DNA of 64,000 bases from an uncultured Gammaproteobacteria bacterium (lineage in GTDB: Bacteria; Pseudomonadota; Gammaproteobacteria; UBA9214). Below, piece after piece: positions 1 to 9,376 of this stretch (within the stretch, counting starts at the first letter, position 1; each line of letters opens with the position of its first letter). Under the pieces are notes generated by a model. It was not told the DNA's origin and did no database searches. It saw only the letters and a program-made list of their open reading frames with translations. Location of the stretch: assembly GCA_963748215.1 (NCBI GenBank), contig CAVVHS010000003.1:128001-192000 (forward strand), given 5' to 3'. Made by a program: the position numbers and the translations under genes.

Positions 1-2301
1 GATTTGTTCGATGCGGAATTCGAAATGGTCAAACAGGCTGCCCGTGTAACGGAGGATGTTGGTCTCTCCGCCGACAACCTGCATGAAATCTGCGACCGGT
101 TCCTGCAACTGTTCCAGGCTCACGCCGGGCGTCCATTTCCCGAGGACCCCTACGAGCAACTGGAGCTGTCGATCAAGGCGGTATTCAATTCGTGGATGGG
201 AAAACGCGCGGTGGATTATCGGCGCGAGTTTCACATTACCCCGGCCATGGCCAATGGCACGGCGGTGAATATCTGCACCATGGTGTTCGGCAATCGCGGC
301 AATGATTCCGCCACCGGGGTCGCTTTCACGCGCAATCCGGGCACTGGTGAAAACCGCCTGTTCGGCGAATACCTGGTGAATGCCCAGGGCGAGGATGTAG
401 TTGCCGGCATACGCACGCCAAAGCCCATCGACAAGCTGGACGAGGAAATGCCGGAGATGGCGCGGCAACTGGCCGAGCTACGTAACCGGCTCGAAAGCCA
501 TTACAGGGAAATCCAGGATTTTGAATTCACCATCGAGCGTGGCACGCTTTATTGCCTGCAAACCCGCAATGGCAAGATGAATGCCACGGCCATGGTGCGC
601 AGCTCGGTGGAGATGGTTGACGAAGGCCTGATCGACAGGGAGCAGGCCCTGCTGCGCATCAATCCGGATCATCTGGAGCAGATGCTGTATCCGCGGCTGG
701 ACGGAAATGTACAGGCCCAGCCGGTGGCGCAGGGTCTTCCTGCCTCACCCGGTGCGGCGGTCGGGCAGGTCGTATTTGAAGCCGACCGTGCTGAACACCT
801 GGGTAAGGTGCTTGGCATCAAGGTCATTCTGGTGAGGGAAGAAACCAAGCCTGAAGACATCCATGGCTTTTTTGCCGCGCAGGGTATTTTAACCAGCCGT
901 GGCGGCAAAACCTCGCATGCCGCCGTCGTGGCGCGCGGCATGGGCAAGCCTTGTGTGGCAGGCGCCGAGGGCATACATGTCGATGTGCAAAAACGCGAAG
1001 CCTACGTCAGCGGCCAGCTTATCCGTGAAGGCGATATGATCACCATTGACGGTTCCAATGGCAATGTCTATTTCGGCGAGATACCGACCGTGGAACCGGA
1101 GTTTTCCAGCGAACTCAATCAATTGCTGTCATGGGCTGATGACATCGCCTATCTGCGAGTGATGGCAAATGCGGATACGCCGGAAGATGCCGCACGCGCG
1201 TTGAAATTCGGTGCCAGGGGCATCGGCCTGTGCCGTACTGAACGCATGTTCAATGCACTGGATCGCCTGCCTATCGTGATAGAAATGATCGTCGCGGATA
1301 CCACCGAGCAGCGTCAAGAGGCGCTCGATCGCTTGCTGCCGATCCAGCGCTCCGACTTCAGAAAGCTGTTTGAGACCATGTCGCCACTGCCGGTCACCAT
1401 CCGTCTGCTGGATCCGCCTATCCATGAATTTCTGCCCGGCGAGGAACAGCTCAGGGACGATATTGAAAAACTGGAACATCTGAAAAACTCGGTACAGGGG
1501 CTGGAGGTGCTCAGCGGCGCGTTGATGCTGTTGTCGAAGAAAAACAGGAGCGAAGAAAAGATTCCGGAGATGGTCGATGTTTCATTGATCGAGAAAGCCC
1601 TGGAAACGAAGGCGCTGATGCTGCGCAAGGTCCGCGCCCTGACAGAGGTTAACCCGATGCTGGGACACCGCGGTGTGCGTCTGGGTATCACCTACCCCGA
1701 AATCTATCGAATGCAGATCAGGGCAATACTGGAGGCCGAGGCCGAATGCGTTGCCAAGGGGATTGAGGTTCATCCACAAATGATGGTACCGCAGGTATGC
1801 TCGGCGGAAGAGCTGAAATGGGTGCGGGAATACATGGATGAAATCAAGTCCAGTGTGGAGCAACAAAGCGGGCAGAAACTGAACTGCCGCTTTGGCACCA
1901 TGATCGAAGTGGTGCGCGCCTGCATGCGTGCAGACTCGCTGGCCGCTCGGGCAGAATTTTTCTCATTCGGCACCAATGACCTGACCCAGGCCGTCTTCTC
2001 GTTCTCGCGCGAGGATGCCGAGAACAAGTTCCTGCCCATGTACAACCAGAATGCGATTCTCAAGGACAACCCGTTCGAGGTGCTGGATGAAAAAGGCGTT
2101 GGAAAATTGATGCAACTGGCCATGCAATGGGGACGCGAAGTCAAGCCGGATCTTTCCGTCGGTATCTGTGGCGAACATGGGGGGCACCCGGCTTCCATCG
2201 ATTTTTGCCAGCGTGCCGGCCTGAACTATGTTTCCTGTTCAGCACCCCGCGTACCGGTGGCAAGGCTGGCGGCTGCTCATGCATTTCTGAACAATCGCTA
2301 A
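1..2301 (+). CDS. ppdK: Pyruvate, phosphate dikinase (5' end outside window)
   Basis: Motifs NAQGEDVVAGIRTP, phospho-His GGKTSHAAVVAR, GLCRTE, FSFGTNDLTQ, GICGEHGG; frame open from window start. Confidence 0.97.
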   Translation, partial: DLFDAEFEMVKQAARVTEDVGLSADNLHEICDRFLQLFQAHAGRPFPEDPYEQLELSIKAVFNSWMGKRAVDYRREFHITPAMANGTAVNICTMVFGNRGNDSATGVAFTRNPGTGENRLFGEYLVNAQGEDVVAGIRTPKPIDKLDEEMPEMARQLAELRNRLESHYREIQDFEFTIERGTLYCLQTRNGKMNATAMVRSSVEMVDEGLIDREQALLRINPDHLEQMLYPRLDGNVQAQPVAQGLPASPGAAVGQVVFEADRAEHLGKVLGIKVILVREETKPEDIHGFFAAQGILTSRGGKTSHAAVVARGMGKPCVAGAEGIHVDVQKREAYVSGQLIREGDMITIDGSNGNVYFGEIPTVEPEFSSELNQLLSWADDIAYLRVMANADTPEDAARALKFGARGIGLCRTERMFNALDRLPIVIEMIVADTTEQRQEALDRLLPIQRSDFRKLFETMSPLPVTIRLLDPPIHEFLPGEEQLRDDIEKLEHLKNSVQGLEVLSGALMLLSKKNRSEEKIPEMVDVSLIEKALETKALMLRKVRALTEVNPMLGHRGVRLGITYPEIYRMQIRAILEAEAECVAKGIEVHPQMMVPQVCSAEELKWVREYMDEIKSSVEQQSGQKLNCRFGTMIEVVRACMRADSLAARAEFFSFGTNDLTQAVFSFSREDAENKFLPMYNQNAILKDNPFEVLDEKGVGKLMQLAMQWGREVKPDLSVGICGEHGGHPASIDFCQRAGLNYVSCSAPRVPVARLAAAHAFLNNR

Positions 2302-2358
2302 GGATGAGGACCGGGGGTCAGATACCGAATAAACGGGTCAGGCTGGACCTCCCACAGA

Positions 2359-2828
2359 TTATAGGATATTAATCCCGGCTTCCTTGACCGACCGGGCGCT
2401 CCCGCGCGGTACGGTGAATTGCAGGCCCTTGTGCTCGAAGCTGCTGCCTGCCTGCAAAACCTCGCCTGCTTTCTCCAGTAAATGGCCCGCGAGGCTGGCG
2501 TAGCGGCCTTTCGTCAATTCGATACCCGGTTCCTCTTCCAGCGCGGACAGTTCCACGCGCGCATTGACCAGCAGGCAGCCGTTATGCTGCCGTCGGATCA
2601 GGCCGTGCTTGGCTCGCCGGCATCATACTCATCCTGTATATCCTTCACGATCTCCTCCAGGATGTCTTCGATGCTGACGATTCCCTCGGCATCGCAAAAT
2701 TCGTCGACCACGACCGTTACCTGTTCACCCTGCCGGCGCATATCCAGCAATATGTCCTGGATGCTCTTGCTGGCAGGCGCATGGCTGGCATTCTTCACAA
2801 GGGCCTGGACCGGCACATCCGCATCCAC
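2359..2828 (-). pseudogene. Remnant of CBS + CorC/HlyC transporter-associated (hemolysin family) gene
   Basis: VVVDEFCDAEGIVSIEDILEEIV..IQDEYD, then a frameshift near 2600 into LVNARVELSAL...YASLAGHLL; N-terminal part missing. Confidence 0.8.
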
Positions 2829-2913
2829 CCCGCAAATGAAAGAGTGTCAGAGCACATTTTCTCCTGATATTTCCCAGGTGCACTCACTTTAAGAACAGCG
2901 AGCCACTCCTCCC

Positions 2914-3543
2914 TCAAAACGGCCACAGGCTCCAGCCGCTGTCCAGTTCGTCTTCGCAGCGCGCCAGTTGGGTATGGTAACGCTTGGCGCGGTCGTCCAC
3001 CGTATGCGCGACTTTGATCAGCCAGGGTTTCTTGTTATAGGTCTTGCGTTTGTAGCCGCCCTGTCCTTCGTGATAGGCCAGGTACTGGGTGTAGGCGTCC
3101 CACTTGGAGATGCCCAGCATGCGGTGGCTCATGTTGCCGTACCAGGCGATGAAGTCCACGGCGTCAGCAAAGTCGTCGCGGTCCGCGAAACGGTTACCGG
3201 ATTTCTCACGGTACCAGTCCCAGGTATCGTCCTTGGCCTGGGCATAGCCGTAGGCGGATGACACCCGCCCCCAGGGAATGACCCACAGCAGGTAGTCGCG
3301 CGGTGGCTTGGCGTCATCCACGAATTTCGATTCCTGGTAGATGATGGCAAGCTGTACATGAATCGGCACGCCCCACTGTTCGTAGGCACGCTTGGCGTCT
3401 TTGTACCAGCCACCCTTGTCGTCGAAGATCTCGCAACTGTCGTGGAGATTTTGCGGTGGGCTGGTGGAGCAGGACCACAAGGCCACCACAGCCAGCATTG
3501 CTGCGAGCGGAATGTGGTAAAGCCTGCGGGTGTGTTTGCGCAT
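2914..3543 (-). CDS. Lipoprotein with lysozyme/transglycosylase-like (SLT) domain
   Basis: Lipobox-like LWSC; AIIYQESKF, SSAYGYAQA, YLAYHEG motifs. Confidence 0.85.
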   Translation of the reverse strand: MRKHTRRLYHIPLAAMLAVVALWSCSTSPPQNLHDSCEIFDDKGGWYKDAKRAYEQWGVPIHVQLAIIYQESKFVDDAKPPRDYLLWVIPWGRVSSAYGYAQAKDDTWDWYREKSGNRFADRDDFADAVDFIAWYGNMSHRMLGISKWDAYTQYLAYHEGQGGYKRKTYNKKPWLIKVAHTVDDRAKRYHTQLARCEDELDSGWSLWPF

Positions 3544-3577
3544 GCAGGTGGGACTATATCAAGAAAACATAATAAAT

Positions 3578-3626
3578 GGGTTCAGAGCACAATTTACCCT
3601 AATATTAGGATGTGTGCTCTGAACCC
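3578..3626. repeat. Palindromic intergenic element, subfamily A, perfect copy
   Basis: GGGTTCAGAGCAC...GTGCTCTGAACCC 13-bp inverted repeat enclosing the internal palindrome CCTAATATTAGG. Confidence 0.9.
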
Positions 3627-3656
3627 AATTACCCACCAAATTACACAGGTGATGAT

Positions 3657-4067
3657 ATGTTTCTAGTGAGCTTGACCTACACCAGTGAAATGACTGGTAG
3701 TATGGATTTCATGGATATTCTTGAGGTTTCACGTGTTAATAATGAAAGGGACGGAATCACAGGCGTATTGTTGTTGTTCAATGATAACGTTGTTCAATGC
3801 CTGGAAGGGTCGCGTGAAGTTGTAAGTAAAACCTATGCAAGAATTGTCGGGGACAAGCGGCATATGAATCCCCTGCTTCTTGATTATCGTATACTTTCCG
3901 CGCGAGCATTTTCGAAATGGTCCATGGGGTATGTGCAGGCATCATCTGTCACCAGGCCGACCCTGTTGAAATACGCCGTCACGGAGAACTTTGAGCCGAG
4001 ATCGTTAAGCGGGGAAAGTTGCTTGGGAATGCTGACTGAGCTGACCCAGGAAGTTGGCATGGTCTGA
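3657..4067 (+). CDS. Stand-alone BLUF blue-light sensor protein
   Basis: LTYTS, SRVNNERDGITGVL, QCLEG, DKRH, FSKWSMG: conserved BLUF Tyr/Asn/Gln/Trp-Met. Confidence 0.92.
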   Translation: MFLVSLTYTSEMTGSMDFMDILEVSRVNNERDGITGVLLLFNDNVVQCLEGSREVVSKTYARIVGDKRHMNPLLLDYRILSARAFSKWSMGYVQASSVTRPTLLKYAVTENFEPRSLSGESCLGMLTELTQEVGMV

Positions 4068-4106
4068 GTGAATTCCCCTGCATGCCCCCGGCGCTGTGAA
4101 ATAAGC

Positions 4107-4158
4107 GGGGGTAAAGCACAATTGTCGAAAATATCAGGATAAATTTACCTCTGATCCC
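4107..4158. repeat. Palindromic element, subfamily A (degenerate)
   Basis: GGGGGTAAAGCACAATT...ATATCAGGA...CTCTGATCCC. Confidence 0.6.
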
Positions 4159-4273
4159 GTTTACAATATGCCAGCCTTGCAATCGCAAGCCGGATGGCAG
4201 GTCCGCGCCGGCTGTTCAACTGCACATAAACCCTGACGGGTCTGATTGAGCGAGTGACCTGATACGCAGCCCA

Positions 4274-4714
4274 ATGCTGACCCGGGTAATCGGAGAAATT
4301 GCTATGCCATCAAGAATGTTGCTTCTATCGCTGTTTATATTCAGCGCGAACATACAGGCTTACGGATTTCCAGTAGAAATTATCGAGTTCATCGACAACG
4401 CGAGGATTGTCGCTTCCATCGATGAAGGCGACATCGACGACGCGTTGTACTGGCAGCCATTTGAAGGCGCGCCGCCACTATCGATAGCAGGCGCTCTTGA
4501 AGCCATACAGAAGCACATTGCATCCGATCCGGAAGCAGGCAATGCATCATTGACCGGGATTGAATTAAAGCAGATTCCGCACCATAAGAAACACTGGCAC
4601 TACCTGGTCAAGATGAGAATAGAGGTCGACGGCAAGCCAAAGCCTCGCTATTTCATCGTGCTTATGAACGGCAAGGTAATCACGGGTCTCAGAGAGCCGC
4701 AAATGGTGAAATAA
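4274..4714 (+). CDS. Hypothetical secreted protein
   Basis: 146-aa ORF with signal-peptide-like N-terminus; true start may be the downstream MPSRM. Confidence 0.7.
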   Translation: MLTRVIGEIAMPSRMLLLSLFIFSANIQAYGFPVEIIEFIDNARIVASIDEGDIDDALYWQPFEGAPPLSIAGALEAIQKHIASDPEAGNASLTGIELKQIPHHKKHWHYLVKMRIEVDGKPKPRYFIVLMNGKVITGLREPQMVK

Positions 4715-4717
4715 AAC

Positions 4718-4767
4718 GGGGCCAGATCGCAATGTACTCTGATATCAGGATGTGTGTGTCATGACCC
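4718..4767. repeat. Palindromic element, subfamily A
   Basis: GGGGCCAGATCGC...CTGATATCAGGATGTGT...TCATGACCC. Confidence 0.75.
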
Positions 4768-4779
4768 TAATTGCCTTTG

Positions 4780-5052
4780 CTACTGGTTACTTGAGGTACT
4801 CACTGAACCGTCCGGGTTGGTTCGGCATTCCATCGTTACTATATCAATGCCATTCATGATCTTTATCGTGATTTGATCGCCGGTGACCTTGTCGACACCT
4901 TCATACTGTGTCCCGGGCGGAAGCGAGGCGCGATGCGCCTCGAAGCATTTTAGCCCCGTCATGGGGTCGATAGCAGTGGCAGGTTTTTGTTCTTCGCAGG
5001 CAAAAAGCAGTGTTGCAACGATAGTGAAAACAATTGCGGTGTGGATACGCAT
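4780..5052 (-). CDS. Small hypothetical lipoprotein
   Basis: MRIHTAIVFTIVATLLFAC lipobox; GGAG RBS upstream. Confidence 0.7.
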   Translation of the reverse strand: MRIHTAIVFTIVATLLFACEEQKPATAIDPMTGLKCFEAHRASLPPGTQYEGVDKVTGDQITIKIMNGIDIVTMECRTNPDGSVSTSSNQ

Positions 5053-5077
5053 GCTCAAGTGCTCCTGTAACGTAAAT

Positions 5078-5128
5078 GGGTTCAGAGCATACACATCCCG
5101 ATATCAGGACAACCCGTGCTCTGACGCC
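5078..5128. repeat. Palindromic element, subfamily A (inverted relative to 3578 and 4718 copies)
   Basis: GGGTTCAGAGCAT ACACATCCCGATATCAGG...GTGCTCTGACGCC. Confidence 0.85.
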
Positions 5129-5135
5129 AATGCCA

Positions 5136-6614
5136 CTACGTCCCGCAGAAGGTCTGCTGAACAACCTCATCCGGTTCCGGCGGTAACCTGTATATATCTT
5201 TCTCTGCCTGTAATTCGTAAGGCTGTTGCAATACCGCATGGAGCTGATGAAACACTGAAAAATCACCATGATCTTCCGCTGCCCGGATGGCGGCTTCTAT
5301 CTGGTGGTTTCTGGGAATATACACGGGGTTGACTGCCCGCATTCCTGCCTGGCGGGTGGTATCAATGCTGCCTTCCTGGTGCAGGCGCGCACGCCATTGC
5401 TGTGCCCAGTGATCGAATTGCTCAGGCTTATCAAACAAGGCGCGTATATCCCTGTCCTGGTCCGCAGGCTCCATTGCCAGCGTTGATAAATAATGAAACG
5501 TCAGCGTGAAGTCTGCGCGATTTGCGGCCAACACATCAAACAGCTCATCGATCAGCGCCTTGTCATCGTCGTGGCGGGTCTGCAGGCCGGTTTTCGCGCG
5601 CATTCCGTCGAGCCAGTAATCCTCGTAGTGCCCGGCATAGTTTTCCAATGCGCCAGTTGCAGTCTCGACAGCAGCCCCGGTGTCGTCAGCCAGCAAGGGC
5701 AGGAGTGATTCTGCCAGGCGCGTCAGGTTCCATAATCCGATGTTCGGCTGGTTGTTATAGGCATAACGCCCGTGGCGATCGATGGAGCTGTAGACCTGGT
5801 TGTGGGCATAATGATCCATGAACGCACAGGGCCCATAGTCAATGGTTTCGCCCGCAATCGACATATTGTCGGTATTCATCACGCCGTGGATAAAACCGAT
5901 CTGCATCCACTGTGCGATCAGAGCCGCCTGCCGGTCGATAATTGCCTCAAGCCAGGCCAGGTAAGGGTTTGCTGCATCGCGACACGCGGGATAGTTGTGT
6001 TCGATAACATAGTCGGCCAGTTTTGTGACGGCGTCCAGATTGCCTCTCGATGAGAAATACTCGAAGGTGCCGACCCGCACAAAGCTTCGGGCCGTGCGGG
6101 TGACTATGCCGCCGGGTAACATTTCCTGCCGGGCGACCCGTTCGCCCGTCGTCACGGCGGCCAGTGCCCGCGTGGTCGGCACGCCGAGTTTTGCCATGGC
6201 CTCGCTGACCAGGTATTCGCGCAGTACCGGCCCCAGCGCGGCACGTCCGTCACCGCCGCGCGAGAAGGCGGTGCGCCCGGACCCCTTCAGGTGTATGTCA
6301 TGGCGAGCGCCGCCCGGGGCGGCAACCTGGCCCAGCAGAAGGGCGCGGCCATCCCCGAGTTGCGGAACGAAGTTCCCGAACTGGTGGCCGGCATAGGCCA
6401 TGGCCAGGGGCTCGGCGCCCGCGGGGACACGGTTGCCGGCGAGGATGGCGGTGCCCTCGGGTGAGTTCAGGCCCGTGTCCGATAGCCCGAGTGCATCGCC
6501 CAGCGCCTGATTGAAAACGATCATTGCCGGATTCGCCACGGGCGAGGGCGGGGACCTCACGTAAAAATCCTCGCCAAGGTTGACGTAGGTATTGTTGAAG
6601 GGTATCGGTTTCAT
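5136..6614 (-). CDS. selO: Protein adenylyltransferase SelO/YdiU
   Basis: AYAGHQFG..QLGDGRA, LKGSG.T.FSRGGDGRA, GFIHGVMNTDN, IDYGP, C-terminal TFCGT. Confidence 0.96.
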   Translation of the reverse strand: MKPIPFNNTYVNLGEDFYVRSPPSPVANPAMIVFNQALGDALGLSDTGLNSPEGTAILAGNRVPAGAEPLAMAYAGHQFGNFVPQLGDGRALLLGQVAAPGGARHDIHLKGSGRTAFSRGGDGRAALGPVLREYLVSEAMAKLGVPTTRALAAVTTGERVARQEMLPGGIVTRTARSFVRVGTFEYFSSRGNLDAVTKLADYVIEHNYPACRDAANPYLAWLEAIIDRQAALIAQWMQIGFIHGVMNTDNMSIAGETIDYGPCAFMDHYAHNQVYSSIDRHGRYAYNNQPNIGLWNLTRLAESLLPLLADDTGAAVETATGALENYAGHYEDYWLDGMRAKTGLQTRHDDDKALIDELFDVLAANRADFTLTFHYLSTLAMEPADQDRDIRALFDKPEQFDHWAQQWRARLHQEGSIDTTRQAGMRAVNPVYIPRNHQIEAAIRAAEDHGDFSVFHQLHAVLQQPYELQAEKDIYRLPPEPDEVVQQTFCGT

Positions 6615-6623
6615 GATCAATAA

Positions 6624-6733
6624 GGGGCCAGAGCACAATTTTCATTAAGATCAGGAGTCATTGTGCTCTGACCCCGGTTGCCCCGGGCAATTATGGGGAC
6701 CGGACACATTTTCAGCAGAATGTATCCGGTCCC
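6624..6733. repeat. Two adjacent palindromic elements (subfamily A 6624-6675; subfamily B 6695-6733)
   Basis: GGGGCCAGAGCACAA...TTGTGCTCTGACCCC and GGGACCGGACACATT...AATGTATCCGGTCCC. Confidence 0.88.
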
Positions 6734-6760
6734 TGTAGTGGCTGGCGTCGTTGATCGTGA

Positions 6761-7282
6761 CTAGCCGAAACCCGCAGCCAGCTGTTCGCAGTCTGCTGCC
6801 GCGAAGGTATCCAGCTTCTCGAAAAACGTCTTGTGATCGATGTAGTGGGCACCGTCGCAGGAGAACGTCATGCCGATCATGCCGTTCACGCGATTGATCG
6901 AGCCGTTGCGCAGGTAGATTGTCTGGTCCGTGGTGCGCAGCCGCCTGAACTCCTTCAGGATCGCGGTCGTATCTTCCGCATCGATCACGGGTTGCAGGTG
7001 ATCGATGCTGTTGTCGGGGAACTGGTCCAGGAAACCGTCGGCCAGCACTTCCTCTTTCACGTACACGCGGTACCTGAAGGCGTCATCGGCAAACCAGCAG
7101 GTCAGCTGGCTGGAGGAGTAGTGCATCTTCACATGGAAGGCCCCCTTTTTCGTCAGCAGCGCATGCACGATGTCGTGGATACGGTCGATGTCGCTGTCGA
7201 ACAGGCTTTCGATGCGGGACTGCTGGAACAGGAAGGCCCTGCCTGAGGGGTCGCCTTTGATCTGTAGCCATTTGTACGGCAT
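6761..7282 (-). CDS. Hypothetical protein (173 aa)
   Basis: Strong RBS AAGGAGG, host-like codon usage, protein-like composition. Confidence 0.8.
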   Translation of the reverse strand: MPYKWLQIKGDPSGRAFLFQQSRIESLFDSDIDRIHDIVHALLTKKGAFHVKMHYSSSQLTCWFADDAFRYRVYVKEEVLADGFLDQFPDNSIDHLQPVIDAEDTTAILKEFRRLRTTDQTIYLRNGSINRVNGMIGMTFSCDGAHYIDHKTFFEKLDTFAAADCEQLAAGFG

Positions 7283-7346
7283 GGTAGACCTCCTTGCAAC
7301 GCGTTGCGGAATGTTCGTGTACTAACGCCGGGCCGGGAACGACAGG

Positions 7347-7574
7347 TCAGCCGTGTCCAGTTGCCCGATTGCCGGCCGGTTGCCACATGAAACGCCGGAC
7401 CAGCTCGTCCCGGCCAACCTTCAGGCCGAGATAGGCCGCCGACTCCATGAGAAACCGGATCCTCGCCTGCCGTTCGGGCCGGTAGGCCGGTCCGCCGCTG
7501 TGTGTGCCCTGTGCGGGGGCCATGTACGCCAGGGTACCGCGGTGTGAAGTATCCAAGTGGCTGTTATCCATGAC
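7347..7574 (-). CDS. Small hypothetical protein (start uncertain)
   Basis: GAGGA upstream of VMDNSH; lies between the 173-aa gene and the divergent LysR. Confidence 0.45.
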   Translation of the reverse strand, partial: VMDNSHLDTSHRGTLAYMAPAQGTHSGGPAYRPERQARIRFLMESAAYLGLKVGRDELVRRFMWQPAGNRATGHG

Positions 7575-7705
7575 GTTGTCCTCGCTCTGTGACCATCGGC
7601 CATGCCGGGAAAAGTTCCTGACAAAAACACTCAGGTATTCGAGTATAGGGGTGCACGGCATAAATAAAAATCGATATTATTGATCCACGTGATAGTTTTA
7701 TATCT

Positions 7706-8646
7706 ATGGATAATCCGATTGCCAGCAAACTCGCCCGCCGGATCAGCCTGCGCCAGTTGCAGGTGTTCGAGGCGGTCGCCCGGCTGCTGAGCTACACGCG
7801 CGCCGCACAGGAACTGCACCTGACCCAGCCGACCGTCTCGATGCAGTTGAAAAAACTCGAATCCGATGTCGGCCTGCCGCTCACAGAGTAGGTCGGCAAG
7901 CGGATATCCATAACCGATGCCGGCAGCGCGCTCAACAGTGGCGCACGGGATATCCTGGAAACCCTGGGCCGCTTCGAGATGCAGATCGATGACCAGAAGG
8001 GATTGCGCACCGGGCAATTGCGGATCGCTGTCGTCACCACGGCCAATTACTTTGCGCCGCGCCTGCTTGGCAGGTTCTGCAGCACCTGGCCCGGAATCAA
8101 GGTGGCCCTGGAAGTGACCAACCGCGAGCACATACTGGATAGAATGGCCAATAACAGGGATGATCTGTATCTGATCGGCAAACCGCCGGCATCGAGCGAA
8201 CTCGAATTCCAGCCTTACCTGATGAACCCCATGGTCGTTGTCGCGCCTGCCGGTCACCGCCTTGCAGGCAGGAAGGCGCTATCGATCACGGAAATCGCGG
8301 ATGAATTGTTCATTTTACGCGAACAGGGTTCCGGTACCCGGATCGCGCTTGAGCAGAAGTTTGCCGAGGCCGGCCACGCACTCAAGGTCCGCGTGGAGCT
8401 GGGCAGCAATCAATCGATCAAGCAGGGTATCACGGGCGGACTGGGCATCGCCGTTCTGTCGCTGCACACGCTGACAGCGTGCGATATGAAAGAACTGACC
8501 GTGCTGGATGTGCAGGGCTTTCCCATACCCTGGCAGTGGTCGTCGGTTATCCCCGCGGGAAGCGGCTCTCGGTGGTCGCCAAAACATTCATCGAGTTCAT
8601 GTACAGGGAAGGCCCGGTCCTGTTGCAGGACGGCATGCCTGTCTGA
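7706..8646 (+). pseudogene. CbbR/CmpR-like LysR regulator, disrupted
   Basis: HTH SYTRAAQELHLTQPTVSMQ; AVVTTANYFAPRLLG; in-frame TAG at 7889-7891 where Gln is expected; frameshift near 8540 before GKRLSVVAKTF. Confidence 0.88.
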
Positions 8647-8891
8647 TGGGGCCGACTGCATCTTCCGGGCCGGAGAAGTTGTTGGGGGCGGGCAATGCGC
8701 CGCCGCATTCATATACAGTCCGGTGATTTTCCGGCTCTGCCCTTTGACCGTTGCCCGGTGTGATTGCCAGGGCAGGTTCGGTCTCCCGTCTGAAGGCGTC
8801 ATTGCCGCGCGGGTCATGACATAAAAAATCAGTCATGCCCCGGAATGCGCATCGGAAAATGTATCCGGCCCCACTGCTGCCCCACATAGCC

Positions 8892-8977
8892 GTCATTCCC
8901 GCGAAGGCGCGAATCCAGGATATCATGTGCCCCTGCTGACCAGCGACTTGCTGGATTCCCGCCTTGGCGGGTATAGC
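8892..8977. repeat. GTCATTCCCGCG-type palindromic intergenic repeat
   Basis: GTCATTCCCGCGAAGGCGCGAATCCAG...CTGGATTCCCGCCTTGGCGGGTAT. Confidence 0.85.
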
Positions 8978-9094
8978 ATCCTGTTGTTCGGGATTTTCAT
9001 GTCCACGTACCACACAACACCATCCAACCACTGGAATAGTCGCAGTGAATAAACTTTCCTTGTGATGATGTGGGGCAGCCGGTGATCCTGCCCC

Positions 9095-9193
9095 CTAGAA
9101 AATGGCTCTTTCGATGAAGAGAATGACGACCGGAATCGTCGCCATGATGATCATCATGCCAGCACAAACACCAGCGCAGATATTTCTTATCAT
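9095..9193 (-). CDS. 32-aa hydrophobic microprotein (family 1, copy 1)
   Basis: MIRNICAGVCAGMMIIMATIPVVILFIERAIF*; G6 SD; same-length paralog at 26812-26910. Confidence 0.7.
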   Translation of the reverse strand: MIRNICAGVCAGMMIIMATIPVVILFIERAIF

Positions 9194-9376
9194 AGAAATG
9201 CCCCCCATTTCTCGATCACCCGTCATCGGCCATTTCGCCTCATCCTTGAATCAAGTGGGTCGGGCTCGATTGATTCGTCAAATAACCGGCGCCTCACTGT
9301 TTTCGGTTGCAGGGTGCGCCGGCTTTGTGTGCTGCAACCCGTCGCTGTTCGGGCGCAGGAGGTGAGATCAGGAAAT

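Noticed and set aside
5136-5150. Selenoprotein form of SelO
   Set aside because: C-terminus encodes Cys (TFCGT) and ends in TAG; no in-frame TGA.
7889-7891. Pyrrolysine or programmed readthrough of the TAG in the LysR
   Set aside because: Position corresponds to Gln (probable CAG to TAG) and the gene has a second lesion.
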